Source of the DNA: Hydrolagus colliei
Lineage: Eukaryota
Assembly: GCA_035084275.1 (NCBI GenBank)
Contig: CM068754.1
Coordinates: forward strand, 8,928,001 to 8,992,000
Direction of reading: 5' to 3'
Length of the DNA stretch: 64,000 nt
Shown: positions 48,416-62,232 of the stretch, piece after piece
Numbering within the stretch: position 1 is the stretch's first letter
How the letters are laid out: the number at the start of each line of letters is the position of its first letter
Made by a program: the position numbers and the translations under genes
Notes under the pieces: generated by a model
What the model was told of the DNA's origin: nothing
Seen by the model: only the letters and a program-made list of their open reading frames with translations
Databases searched by the model: none

Positions 48416-51400
48416 GAGTAAATTATCTGGAGGATTGTGGACCAGATACCTGAAAAAAAAACTCCTGCCACTTTTTCACTTTCTTTGAAAAAGTGTGATG
48501 GGTCTTTCAACTTTCAGCTAAACAGGCAGAAAAGCAGAGTGTAAAACGAATCAAGCTGCAGCTTGTGGTCATTTGCAAAACAACAGTTAAATAGAAGAGA
48601 TGGCATTGAGTGAAGCAGATTGATAAATGAATCATTGGAGTGCAATGAATAGATTCACTGGTCCCTGCCCCCATTACATTCCCAGGCAGACCTGTGTTCA
48701 ATTATTGGTGATAATAATTTGCTGGTTTGGACTGGTCAAGAGATTCACCTGGTCACCATTCAAGTGCAACTCTTGTCAATCGCTTGCAATGCCAAAGATT
48801 TGCTCCCAACGTACGTGGATCGATGAAACTGCGATTAAGGTAAATGAACTTCAAAACTGGGTGGTGGTCGGGGGGGAAAGGTATAGATAGAAAATGGGAA
48901 AATAAAACTAGACATAGAATATTGAGAAAATGCAGGAAACATTGACATGAGTGAGTGCAAATAATTTTGTTTCAAATCATGTGAGTTAGTATATATTAAT
49001 AAATCTGCCCAGCTTGACTAGCTATTACTGTAATGTGTTCACAATTACAGTGTGTGTGCTGACATTGCATAAAACTTCTCCATGGACTTTGGGATCCAAG
49101 GTTTTACCTTTCATTGGGGTGGGGGGGCTTACTTACCATGTGAAAACAATCTGGTTTCACCCCCACCCCCCTCCACACACATACATTTATAATGCTTTTT
49201 TTCTGGTGAAAGTAAGAGGGCAATGAATGGGTATAAAAATCACACAAAACAGATGTCGAGTTTCAGTTAAAGGAGAGGAGGCAACCACTCGGATTAGTTG
49301 GTCCATTTCCAATTCATTTTTATTGGTGAGAATACAACAAACTTGTTTATTTTTAATAACTGGATAGCCCAAGGCAGCTCAAAAGCTCAAATTGCTGTGT
49401 TTGTACACGGTCAGATTAAAATACTAAATATCATTTAGTTGCATTTCAGTCTCTCGTGTTAAATCAGATTCAGATGCTGTTAAGAGTTCTCTTTGATTAC
49501 TTGTGGGGGTGGATGGTAAATAAACCAATGCGTTGTTACTATTGATGAATGGCTGGTGTACTCTGCCCAGTAAGTTAAGAAAGGCTCTGCCGTTTCGGAC
49601 ACTAGATTAATAAAATACATCTTACCATGGCAAAAGGCTAACTTTCCTGCTTCTCATTTGAACTTTAAGAAAGCCCATGGAAAAGTATGGTCTTGTTTTT
49701 TTAATGTATATATCTATACATATCCTAATAACCACAATAAATGTCCTTTGCCCAGTTTTAAATAAACCACCTTTTTTTAAAAAAACAATCTGATGTCTGT
49801 CTCCACCACAAACCTTGTACTGTTTTTAATGCTTATGCAGTGATAGTAATGTTATTTCAAAGCAGCCTGTAGAGGTCATTGGGAGAGTTAGTTAAGTGCA
49901 TTCAGTTAGTGATTGCAGCCCCCCTCATTAATTGGTGGTGTACACACTATGCTTGTGATTTACATCGGGCCAAATCAAACTCAGGTGTGGCTATTTACTA
50001 CATTGCCAGTTGATCAGTCTTGTGCGCAAAAATGTGCAATAAACACTCAAAGAGATGTCATGAACTGAAATTATTCCTTTTGTCAGTTTTAATCTGAAAC
50101 GTTATATTCGTAAACCTCTTGGCGTTATAAACCGAGTGAAGATACCTTCAGTTTGATTTACATTAAGGGGCTGCCAGAGAAGCTTGAAGCAAGAAACACT
50201 GTGTGTTTACAGCTTTCTGTAATTCCTTGAATTTGCTAGCAGAAGGGGGTGGGTGGGGGAATAAATCACAAAATACTGGCCTGTGATTCAGGTAAGAAAC
50301 CTTTATATAAAAACGACAGGGTCTCTTAGGTGTCTTCGGCGTATATTGAAAGAGAACATCTGCTGGTATATCTTTAGAAAGAAAATACATTTGTTAGCAC
50401 TGAGGGGTATTCTGTGCAAATTGTTGCTTCACAACTTTAAAAGCCAGTGTGAAGTAGAGAACTAACCAGCATCTGCCCGATAGGTGTGTAAGATTGCAAT
50501 GACCATTACTGGTAAAACATCATTGTTGCCAGATACTCTTAAATTCTCTCTTCATTTCCTTTCTCTAAATATGATCCACATTTGAGTTGTTTTTCTTGTT
50601 TCCGCTTTCAACTTCAGCACTAATGAATCCAAACAATTTTTTTTTTAATTTTAGTTTTCCAATTTTTCCAAGCAAAAAAAAGCATTAAGCTAACAATGTA
50701 ATAATATTCAAAATACAATAACTGTTCCATTAAAGGAAATAATTGTAGTCATAAACTGTACCTGATTCAAATGTCACATTTTTACTCAGTTGAGGACTGT
50801 TGTACATCATTTAGTTAATAAATGCCTCGCAAGATACTGAGGTGATTGGTTTTGTCTCATCACCTCATCTCTATGCTATCCACATACTTTTTTTCTCTTT
50901 TTTTTCTTTGTCTTAATACCCCGCCCACCCACCACCGTCCATTACCTGGGCCTGACTTCTTGTTATGTGACCCCAGCGAAAGTTATTGTGAAAAGCCATA
51001 AAATCCAAAGATAATGGTAACTGGAGATTGTGGTGAGACACAAGTAAGAAATACTTCTGATGTGCGTTAGAAACACTGAGCATCCCCAACTGAGAAGGAA
51101 ATGTTCAAGCTGTGATGTTAGTTAATTCATGATGCTTGTGGATTCATCAGTGATGAACAGCTATGCAATCTGCTTGTCCATCACAATGAGTCCCCTCATC
51201 CTTGGACGCAGAGGTCCTTGAGCTCTGAATGTTGCCATATGAGGGAAGCACGTGACCAAGAAACTGAAAAATAGCCATGTTTTTGCACATCGTGTACAGC
51301 AGAGAAAGCGAGTCTGAAGCAATTGTGTAGCTCAGTGTAGTTGTTGCAATTTCAGTTCAAATAACAGCCATAAGTCGCACCCAAAAAAAATCTATGGCAC

Positions 51401-54400
51401 TTTAAACTATTTCACTGAAAAATTGTTGCCATGGAATAAATATGTAGATTATGTGTAGGCTCAAAGCTAGCTCTCATGTAGCCCTTTGTAGTACTGGGAC
51501 TCTGATCATTTATTTCAAAGCTGTGATGTTCTACAGAAACTGAACATTTTAATAAGGTGACCTTTTCATTCAGTTAGTGCTCGAACATTATGCTGAATAA
51601 GGCCTGCTCAATAAAACAGTTATTAATGGAGACAGATATCTGATCTAATCTCCACTTGTGCATGCACCATCTGCCACCACTTTCCATGTTTGAACATCAT
51701 GAAGAAACATATTTAAAATACAGTAGCTCTTACCATTAATAATTCCTCTTGCAAATAAAGGATCTCCTTCGCCCTTGTACAGATCCTGGCTTCCTATTAC
51801 CTGAGTAGGGTTTAATTATTGGAAGGGAAAAGGGAACTTCAATCCCATTTGGGGCGAAGGGGTCATTTGGTGGCAACATTTTGGGACAAATGAATATTTT
51901 ACATGCCCAAATGCAAAACTCTATAGTTATTTACATATGAAGCAAACTGTCCTAACATCTGATGGATGTATGTACAAGATCCTCGCTCCAAGTCGCCAGT
52001 TGTTATCCTCCAGATAAGTATGTTTTCTGTGAAATCACTCGGCTTTTGTTCATGGTGCTGGTGCATGAAGTCCTTTGTGACAAACCAACAAGATGAGTAT
52101 CACCTCCACAAATAGAACCTCCCTGTTCTTTCAGCAGTGCAAACTGATCTCAAAAACCCCCCACCAGGTCCTGCAGTGTGAAATGTAATTGAAACATGAG
52201 CCTCTTCTGTTTGTGATATTCATTTAAAATTCCTGCAACAATTTTGTCCCCTCCCTCAAAGCAAGGACTGGATTTTTTCCAGATTTAATTCTCTTTATGA
52301 GTGAGAAAGGGACTGAAACTTCGCTGTTTCTCCAGCTGTACACACATCCATAAATCATTAATAAGGCAGTTAACTGAAGCAAAAATATAAATGATCTACA
52401 TTACCCAACAGCACACTATCTTAATTTACTTCCAGTTATTTACAATTCATTTCTCCATTTAAAGTGATGATTACATTAGAACATGTTCCTTTTCTGACCG
52501 GATGCAGACAGAAGCCATTTACCACAGTGCAGCATTAAGTATTTGAGTTGCTTGTGTATGTTTTAACAATGCCTGCAGGTGATATGCAGTGAGTTTGTGG
52601 TATTTTTATTCCACTACAAAGCTATAAACTTAATAATTAACATCAGCACCATTTTTTTTACTGTCAATCCAATTTGAACAGCAGGGGATAACGTTTCGGG
52701 AACAATTTTGCAAGGACAAAAGACAAACTGAAATTTCTATTAACATCATAGTTTACTATTTAACATTCCTGTTCATTTTTGCTCAGTATTTGAGCTTTCA
52801 ACTAAATAGTTTAAAATGGGAGCATGGTAGAGAATACAAGCAACTAACCATTAAAAAGATTTCATTTCCCAACATTCTACTGCATATATTTTACTTTTTT
52901 TCCCCCACCCAATACTTGAGCTGAGTGTAAAAGATGTTAATGTTGAATCCACCCTTTTCTTGTAGATGGGTCAAAAACTGAAGGAGGTCGTCTTTCTGCA
53001 AAGCATTCGGTTAATTTTTTTTCGTCCTCCTCTTTGCTTTTAAAAGGTCTTTAAAGTAGACCGGCTTGTACAGAGAAAGTTTTATTATTAATTTACAACG
53101 AACATATTTTGTATGCAGAATTCCTTCAGCCATTACAAAGTGTTCCTTAGTTGACGTCTTGAGAGCCAATTAAAAGTCACCAGCCCTAGAACAATTGTCT
53201 TGTGCTGTAAATTCACTGTAAGGTCTGTATAGTTTCAGTCAGCAATCTGAATTGGCCCTTCAGGTGAGTTTTGAAATAGGATGACACACTTTTTCCTTAA
53301 CCAACAGAGCACATATCTTGTAATATTCATGGTCTGATGCAGCAAACTTGTTTATAAAAAACATACCATGTTTCTTTGCTACATTTTGGCAATATTACCC
53401 GCAGCCGAGGTGAGGCTACAGCATTGATCTATCACATTGATAGTAGATCTGAAATAGTTTTCTTGTTTTCCTTGTAAGTTATTGGTTCTGGAGGTAAAGC
53501 AGGCAACTGAGGCTGCTTCATAGGGAAGTGGCTTCAAGTACATACTGTACCTAGTCCCGATTTCACTGGAGTGTGGAAGTGTTTTCAGTACATGGGTCAG
53601 TCAGTAAAAATGGCCTCTTCTCAGTACATGATGGATGTCTTCATGTATGGTCTATCTGTAAAAGAGTAGAAATGGTTAGGGATGTTTCGTTTAAAATAAA
53701 CAGAATGTAAGATTATTTAAATCTGAAATGCAAAAAGAGAAAAAGGTCCAAATGAGAAAATAACATTTAAATCTTGCTTTTGAAAACAGTACTTTTGAGA
53801 CACTATTGGCTGCATTAAATTTCTATACATCCAAGCTGTAAGTGTGAAAAGCTTTGACTATTTAGGTTGTGATTTTATTTAGATGGTGGTTTTATCCCCT
53901 TCACACATTCGGCATCCACACAATGTACTATCCTAAGCACCTGTTAGGATTTGTGCATTTTCAAAGATTTGACCTAAAATGTAGGAAACGGGGAGGAAAT
54001 TAAAAACATGTTATTTCTACCGTTAACTAACTATTCCTGGCAAACTAGTATTCTCCGCATTTTACCCTATTTTATGTTTCCATTTTGTTCGGAATCCTAG
54101 TTCCCAGCTTAAACCTTCTCTGCACTCACTGATGCCGGTCTAAATTTTCAGTGCCTCCCAATGTATTTTCATAGCAAGATGCTGATCCTCTATATCCTTC
54201 AGACAGAGTACTTGATAAGACACATTAGGCTGTGCAGCTGGACTCAAAGAAAGGCCGACAGCAAAGCAGGTTTGTCAATAACCAGATGGGTCGAGATAAT
54301 TTTTTAATATAAATGTACTATTTGTAATATAAGCTGACTTTCATCAGATTTCCAGCTTGTGTCTCACTAGTGCTCCACGTGTTGAGTTTCTTTTTCACAC

Positions 54401-56588
54401 ACAATCTATGTCTGCATGCTTTTTCTTTTCCAATTTTTTTTTGCAAAAGATGAGATTCATGTTTTTGGCCTGCCTTTCCACAAAACATACTGGAGATACC
54501 GAACTCTGTGCTAAAGACAATAGGGTTGAGAAATTCATTTTGCCATAAATTGTAGTGACTTTTGACAATACGTATTTATAAAATGTGTTTTTTTCATGGA
54601 AAACCGTTTCCTCTCGACAGAATGGTGACCTTAATCATTTTGATGCAAATAAAATTGATTTAAGTTTGTTTTTTACAACATCTGTTTGCTTCAATGTGCA
54701 TCGTTTGTAATCTGTTTGTGCAGCATTCCTTCCCAGTTATGTTAGACGCCTGCAAACGAAAGAATGTGCACCTTTTTATTTATAGACGCCTCCCTTCTCT
54801 GCTGAGTGCCAGATTTCTTTTGTACATTTTGATGTTATAAAGTTTCAGTGAGTCACGAGTACCGTCTTTCAACACAACATTTGAAAGTAAGTAAAACAGT
54901 CGCCACAAAGACAAAGCACGCTGGTGATTCATTCTGAAGCCACTTGCTTGGTTCATTAAGAACAGGAAAGTGCTAATTAGGGGCTGAGTGCTTAAAGTTT
55001 AAGTAGGTTAGTGGTTTAGAGTCCAAAAAGATGATCTAATGTGAATGGACAGGAAGGATGTAAACAAGAATAGCAGTTAGGAATGGGAATTCTCCAGAGT
55101 ATGAATAAGCTTGGGAATTTTATAGTGAGACCCATACACTATCTTTGGAAAAGAAAACTATATTTACACTCGATATGCACCCGGACTAGTCCTTGTGACC
55201 TTATCTTGAAATGCACAAGAATGTGTGAACTCTTACCCTGTGAAGATTGTATTATCTTAGATTTATCTTTGGCTTAGAACCTTTCCTTAAATAAACCTAG
55301 ATTCCCTTGAGGTGAATAGGAAAATAGTTGAAACGTAAATCCACATCTGGATTTACTGCTCCTACTGCTACTCTTCCACCTTCCACTTCGGCCTTCCACA
55401 CACCACCCACCTCCTGCAAAAAAAACACTTGTAAAATTACCACTGGAAAATACTGTTAAAGATGTTGATCTTGCACCTCTGGGCATGGGTTTAAACCAAA
55501 GCAGATGCTAAATCTCTATCCATCCAAGCTGTAAGCGTGAATAGCTTTGACTATTTATGTTGTGAAATGCAATGGGATCTATATTTTGTCATCCTTTTCA
55601 CAAAAGCCACTCAATTGTAATTTTCTGACTGTGCTTGGGATTGTTCCGATTATTTTTTTTAAATCCGCTTATTAGCATGGCGTTTTCAGACCATTTCAAA
55701 GTTTTAAAAAAATACTGACTGCAAACTTCTCGAGTTTTCCACCATTTGCCATAAAAGCACGTGAAGACTAAAATCAGGTAACAAACTGTTCTGCTGTGTA
55801 CTAAATGCTTTAATTGATTAAAATAGCTAATGCAACACTCTGACAGTTCAGCTGTGTTGCTGCTGACTCCACAAGCAGAAGAAAAGAACTCTCCAGAGAT
55901 AAACAGAATGGAAAAGCAGGAGTCTACTCAGCACAGTTCAGAAAAAAGACGTAACTACAGCTAATGCATTCAGACAATTGCAGGAGATTTCGTAACATTT
56001 TGGGGAACAAAAGGAACATTGTCCAAAATTTCCCACAATTGTTTAGAAGCAAGGATGCTACCAAATAAGGCTAAATATCCTTAACATTGTGATATTTTGC
56101 CTTAACTACATTGCCAACCATGATATAATGAGCGTTTGCAATATGTTTAACTCATCATCATTCATCACTGCATCTCCCTAAGTGGCTTGATTCTATCAAT
56201 TTTACGGATAATTGTAGGGGTCTTTTTTCTCTGTGTAAACTGCGCTGGTAAGTATCAATATTTTTATCCAGAGAGTAATCGACTGTATCACTCAGGCTCT
56301 GGTGGTGAATGCGTCTTATCTATTTGATTAAATATATGTCTGTGCTTTTGGTTGAATTGTAGATTTTTTTTCTTTTGGAAACAGTACCATCTGGTATAGC
56401 CTGATTTCATGATGCTGGCATTGGGAACCATCCAACCCATAAAGCTATCAACCCAGTAGGAAATTCATAACCCACTCGATTACTTTGAATACAAAAATGC
56501 ACCATATGTGGTACAGCAGAAAGCCTATTATTCCTAACTAGATGATACTGCTCCTTGAACAGTCAGTCCTCTGACATAATACAGTAAA

Positions 56589-56865
56589 CTACAACAACGA
56601 CTTGCATTTTTATAGCGCGCTTTATGATGTGTAATGCTGATGCCAAGCCAGGGGGAGGGAGTAAGCAAGGGCAAAGAGGCAGGTCTTTGTGCATGATCTG
56701 AAAAAGGGTAAGAAGGAGGCAGAGCACAGAGATTGAGGGAGAAAGATTTCAGAACAAATTGTCTGAAAGTACAACTCCCTATGATGGAAGTGAGCGGACA
56801 AGGGACAAGCAGGAGTTCTGGATTGAGCAGAGTGGAGGCTGCAGGTGTTAAGAGTGGAGAATCAG
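56589..56865 (-). mobile_element. Old L2, 3' part (split element)
   Basis: (aac)n tail, gacttgcatttttatagcgc, and a purine-rich 3' UTR on the + strand. Confidence 0.7.
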
Positions 56866-56869
56866 CACT

Positions 56870-57352
56870 CCTCTACTATCTTAAAAAAAAATCCAGCTGA
56901 TCCAGAAGTCTGCAGCCGGCACACTGACCTAGACCAAACTCTGAACCCACATCACATCAGTTCTGGCCAGGCTGTACTGGCTCCCCATCACCGAATGAAC
57001 GATTTCAAGATTCTCACACTTGTGTTCAAATCCATTCATTCCTTGGCATCTCTCTGACCTCTTCACTCCCCAATCCACCACACGGGGCCTCCACTCAACT
57101 GGCACCGGCCTCCTGCTCTTCACTCACACCCTTCACAAGAGGTCACGTTTTCAGCCACTACACCCTCATAATCCTCTCCCTCAATCGCTCTGCCTTGCCG
57201 CCTCTTTCCCTCTTTTCAAGTCCTGCCTGAAAAGCTTCCTCTTGGACCATGCTAATGCCCACCTCCCCCCAACCATCCCAAGCTCAGGGTCAGGCTACGC
57301 CACTGTTAAGCACTCTGAGGTGCCATCCAGCATGGAGTACAAGTTGTTATTG
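56870..57352 (+). mobile_element. L2 3' fragment inserted into the older L2
   Basis: Encodes ..DFKILTLVFKSIHSL..FKSCLKSFLL and ends with the L2 tail (aagttgttattgt). Confidence 0.85.
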
Positions 57353-57354
57353 TA

Positions 57355-57660
57355 AACAGGATGCAAGGATAGGAAGGTGCCAGGACAAAAGGGGATTTGT
57401 GGACAAGTTTGAGTATTTTGAAGTTGCTCTGTGACAGGGAGCCAGCAAAGTCAGCACTGGTGTGATGAGGGTATAGTGTTTGGAGAGGCTGAGTATACGG
57501 CTGGTGGAATTCTGGATAAATTGGAATTTGATAGATAGTGGAGTTGGGGAAACTGGCGAGTGTGAGGCCCTCCTTGCATTGGAATAATCAAGGTGGGAGG
57601 AGACAAAGTGTGGAGGAGGGTCTCGGCTGCATTGGGTGTGAGGTACGTTTGATTCATATT
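57355..57660 (-). mobile_element. Old L2, upstream part (split element)
   Basis: Minus strand TYLTPNAAETLLHT.. resembles L2 ORF2 and is collinear with 56589-56865. Confidence 0.7.
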
Positions 57661-58904
57661 GGACAACTTACTTTCGTTGGCCAGCCTATCGTTTCCCAAC
57701 GCCATTTGGAATCCAATTGCCCAAAGCCGCATTATCATCATTTGATATAAAACCTTGACATAAAACTTTGCAATGATTGTTCTATAAGCATTTTTCTTTC
57801 GATCATTCATTATATTTTCACTTTTAGAAATGATAATGTCTCAAGCACTCAGATTTACAATTATATTTCAACTTGTATTTCATATGTGAAATAAAAGATG
57901 TTGTGGCTATAATTATGACTCTAAAATCTTGTGATATGTGCTTTGTACTAATGATTTACTTGACTGCCAGGTATCAAGATACCAAAGATGTAGTATTGAA
58001 ATATTGTCGTATATCTCAAGTGAGTTGTTTTTTTGACGAGGTTTATTGGTACACCCAAGACTGTCATTTTATCTTTTTCCCAATAAATTGCTATTGTTTA
58101 TTTAAAGATGTAATCTACATGTTAATTATCTGAATTTATCTGAGCTGTTCAGTCCCATCGTCATGTGGTAAAGACATGATTGGACAGCAAGAAATCTGAG
58201 GGGTAGAGGTGGTCTCTTGTTTAGAACGAATCAATGAGGGCAAGCACTTTGCGTGCAAACCAACGCAGATATTCTTGAACCGAGATTGAAGCTATTTAAA
58301 GGGTAAATTGCCTGTGGCAGACAATCAAGTTGATTTTATGACCAATTGTGCATAATACAGTAATAGTTTTGATACTGGAATAAATTTCTTTATTTCTGAA
58401 AACACTTTGGTGGTTTTCTTCAGTCTGAAACCTTTTGTTATCACAATTAGGAATGGAGCTCGTGGAATAGTGGGAAATTGTGATGATTTAACTCAGGCTG
58501 CTGTACATGTCCCCCTGCTCCCCGCCCCCACCCACCACCAACAACCATTTGCAAGCAAGTTTTCAGCCACTTTACCCCATCATGGAAACCCCTCCCAGTC
58601 AAAACCCTTTTGATTTCAAATCAATCTTTTTTTTATAGGGGGGAAAAGGGTTTCTTCTTTAATTGTGCCTTTGGTCGTGCCCTTCTCCAAACACAAACGT
58701 ACATGCGCACGCACACACACTTCTGCCCACACCACCATCTCCCAACCCATGTGGCAATGTGAGACATTATCTGACATGAAAGAACTAGGACAAGTGCACT
58801 TTGTTGATGTTGTACCACATTGTCTGTCTCTTATTGGGCGGTTACCAACCCAACCAAATTTCAGTTTTTAATTTGTTTTTCAACATGCTACTATTGAGTA
58901 CTAT

Positions 58905-58961
58905 TGACGTCCTCCTGACATGAAAGACACTATACAAGTGTAATTTGTGTTGTTGTTGTTG
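58905..58961 (+). mobile_element. L2 3' tail
   Basis: gacgtcctcctgacatgaaagacactatacaagtgtaattt..(gtt)n. Confidence 0.7.
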
Positions 58962-60694
58962 CCAAATACGTTTAATGAGATTGTATGAATTGTGTTTTAA
59001 AGGGTCATTTAATATTTTGGTTGGTTCGGATTGGCGGGTGGGAAGAAGATTGGATATTATCTATGTCACTTCCCTCTTTTTGATAAATACAGTACATCAA
59101 TCATTTTCTCTTTGGTTTTCCTTCCCTGTGAGCTGTATAAAAATGTTGCATTGAGAGGTTATTTTAGGGAAGGTGTAAAGACCATTATTAGAGGCAGCTG
59201 TAAGCAATTATATCAATGAATGGTATGTGGATGGATTGGTATTTGGAAACACAAATCAAGGATTTAAAACCTGTAAAGTGCAATTAAAATATCAACATGA
59301 AAAAATAACAGTGTAAATGTACTGGGAACCATACATTGAAATAAACAGAAATTAGAAACTTTTTTTTAATCCAAATATTCTCTTCCTCCCAACCTCCCAA
59401 GAATTGTGAAAGAAAAGCATAGTCAGCAGCATTGTCTCCCCAGAGAATAGGGGAAAGAGGTCAATGTATGGTCATCGGAGAAGTTTAGAGATTTTATTGA
59501 GCTTTTTTACCTTTCAACCTACATATGGGGGGGCAAACGCTTCATATTACATTGCTCCAGTACAATTTAACTGTCGGATTGTATTGTTCATAACATGGAT
59601 TTTCTTTAATACAATTGATATTATGACAACTCCACTCATAATATTTTGAACTCCAAAGTTCTTTTTCGTTTACTGAGATCCAACCTAGAACAAATACCGG
59701 TGCAACATTTCATAACTAAAGACGAGATTTAAAATGCCTGGTGTAAGCATTATTTTCATTGATAACATGGGGTGGGGATGGGGGGGGGGAGGGGGGGTGT
59801 TGACTGGGGGGGAGGCGGAGAGAGGAATCCTTGCAGTGCTGCATTTTACACCCATTATTATAGGTATGAAATCATTTTTTTATAAATGTAACCACATGAT
59901 ATGCACAGATTGGACCAATAAATGCTGATTACAGTAGATGTGGTGTTCTAGTTTATAAAATGTGCCACATATTTCAACCAGGACAGCTATTTGTTTTCCC
60001 TCCCTAATGTACATCTTTCTCATTTTGAACATTGCTTGCTTCGCACTTAAGGTCAGAGTTGCTTCAGAATCCAGCAAGTGCAATATGTAGGTTATCGAAT
60101 ACTAAGTACAAATGTTCTTGGGAGAGTCTCAAATAAGCTGATCAACATTCTCTCTGCATCTGTACTTAGTCAATAAAATAATGTTCAGCACTTTTTATTT
60201 GCTACTATGTGTACAAATTAATTTAGGAAACAGTGTTGATATAATGTGCAGCTGGGGATTTGAGAGCAGCTTTTAGCTCTGTTCCAGAAATGTAGTCAGC
60301 TCCAACAAAGGTAATCAAAATTAATGAAATCAGTCGTCAGTGCCAACCCAGCAAAATTCTAAAGTTTGACAGAAGAGTAAAGAGAAATAATTAGATTTCC
60401 ATGGTATAATGGACGTTAAGGAGAAACCTTCTGCGGTCAGCTACTGTCAATACAGTTACAGTGCCTAAAGCATTTGCAACTGAGCTTGAAATGGGTGTCT
60501 TGCATCACTCAGCAAAATATGTGAGACTGATAATTTGAAATGACTTTGTATCTTGTAAGGAAAATGATTTTTCTAAACCCATCGCATCAGATTAACCACT
60601 TTGCTCTGGAGGCCCTTGGAATTTCATTACATCTACATTTGTGTTCCTTTTACTGCCTTTAATCTCCTGATTTCAGCTTTTTGTCTTTCTCCCA

Positions 60695-60765
60695 AGGCAG
60701 CACCTTGGGATGTCCTCCTGACATGAAAGGCACTATACAAGTATAATTTTGTTGTATTTTGTTGA
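60695..60765 (+). mobile_element. L2 3' tail
   Basis: agcaccttgggatgtcctcctgacatgaaaggcactatac...ttgttg. Confidence 0.75.
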
Positions 60766-61494
60766 TGTCTTCCTGAATGAGCCGTTCGGCACCAAGCAAT
60801 CTCCTTGCAGGAGGTGATGTGCCCATAGATATACATGTCTACATTTCCAACAATGTACTTCAACTATGTAATGCATAGAATTTGTTTTGGAAGTGTAACT
60901 GAGAATGCTGCCTCACTGTTTTGTGATATGGAATTTTCTGTTGTAATGTTTGCAACAAGACGGGAACATTGGGGCCTAAGCTTCCTATGAGAGTATTGGG
61001 AGTGTTATGAGGATAGTATTTGTGTGTAATTTATTGTATTTATTACAAAAGTATTTTACGTATGCGAATGGCCTGGAATCGTCATTAAAGATTCGGTAGT
61101 GGATGATTGTAAATGTAGTTCATGGGGCTTTCAATCACTCTCCCATCTGCCATGGGACATGTCTGCCAAGTGAACAAGAATGCACCATAAACTTCCCTCA
61201 TGGACACATTTGTTTTGTCCTAACGTTTTCCTCTCAGATTGTTTCTCTCCCCTTTACTTTCTTCCTTTCTTCTGCACTTGTGTCTCCCATTCCTCTCTCT
61301 TTACCTTTACTATTCTTACCTGTCTTCCCCTCTGTTCTCTAGGTTTTTGAGAGTTTGCCAGGAGCAGACTGCACATTGGCAACAAAACGATTGTCGAAAT
61401 TCTTTGAGAATCTCTGTTGCCTCAAAATATTTTGCAGTTCACACGAAACTTGGAAAATGCTGTTGTTAAGGCTACCCAGGGAATTGAGACAGAG

Positions 61495-61670
61495 CCCTTT
61501 TAAAGGGAATTAGAATAGATGCATGAGAAAGATGAATATTATTATAGGATGTGAGGGGCAGGAATCTAGGGGTTGAGTGAGATTAGACTGGGTGGCTCAA
61601 GTGGAGAAAAACACCAGGGCAGATTCTTTGCACTGAATGGCCTATTTCTGTGCTTAATGTTCTATTATTA
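61495..61670 (+). mobile_element. CR1 3' end fragment
   Basis: tttaaagggaattaga (FKGEL-like) ... ctgaatggcctatttctgtgct..gttctat. Confidence 0.7.
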
Positions 61671-62139
61671 TAATAGTTTCTTGTTCATATTTGTATTTTA
61701 ATGGGAATCCCACTTGAGTGTAAAACTGGAATGATACAGACAATGAAAGAAACAAGTTTTCATACAGCAAATAGGGTCAGGTTGTTATGGTGTGCCAATG
61801 AGTGCACTGTCAGCAGGATGAACAATGATTTGAAGGGCAAGCTCAAGTCATCGTGAAATGGAGGAAGGCAGGTCTCTCAGCATGGGGCTATGAGAACAAC
61901 TTGCTGCCAGTGAGAACTTCAATGATTGAGGATAGCTACTGGCTCTTTTCAATTGTTCCAAATTGATGGCAGTACTCTGGGCTTCAAGAGTTTTTGTTGA
62001 ATGTCTTTTATAAAAAGGGATCTTTGCACCGTTTGCAAAGGAGATCATGTAGGACAAGTTGCACTAATGCAGTGGAGGATGCTCCAGGGCTCACTTGGGA
62101 CATATTCAAGGTGGACAAGCTCTCATTGAGTCTACGAAT

Positions 62140-62232
62140 TAAAATCCTTGCACTTGATGTAGTGCCTTTCATGTTGGGAGGATGTCTAAATAAATTTCAC
62201 AGGATTTATTCCAAAGTGTAGTGACTGTATTT
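62140..62232 (-). mobile_element. SINE 3' fragment (old)
   Basis: aatccttgcacttgatgtagtgcctttcatg..ttcacagg..gtagtgactgta. Confidence 0.65.
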
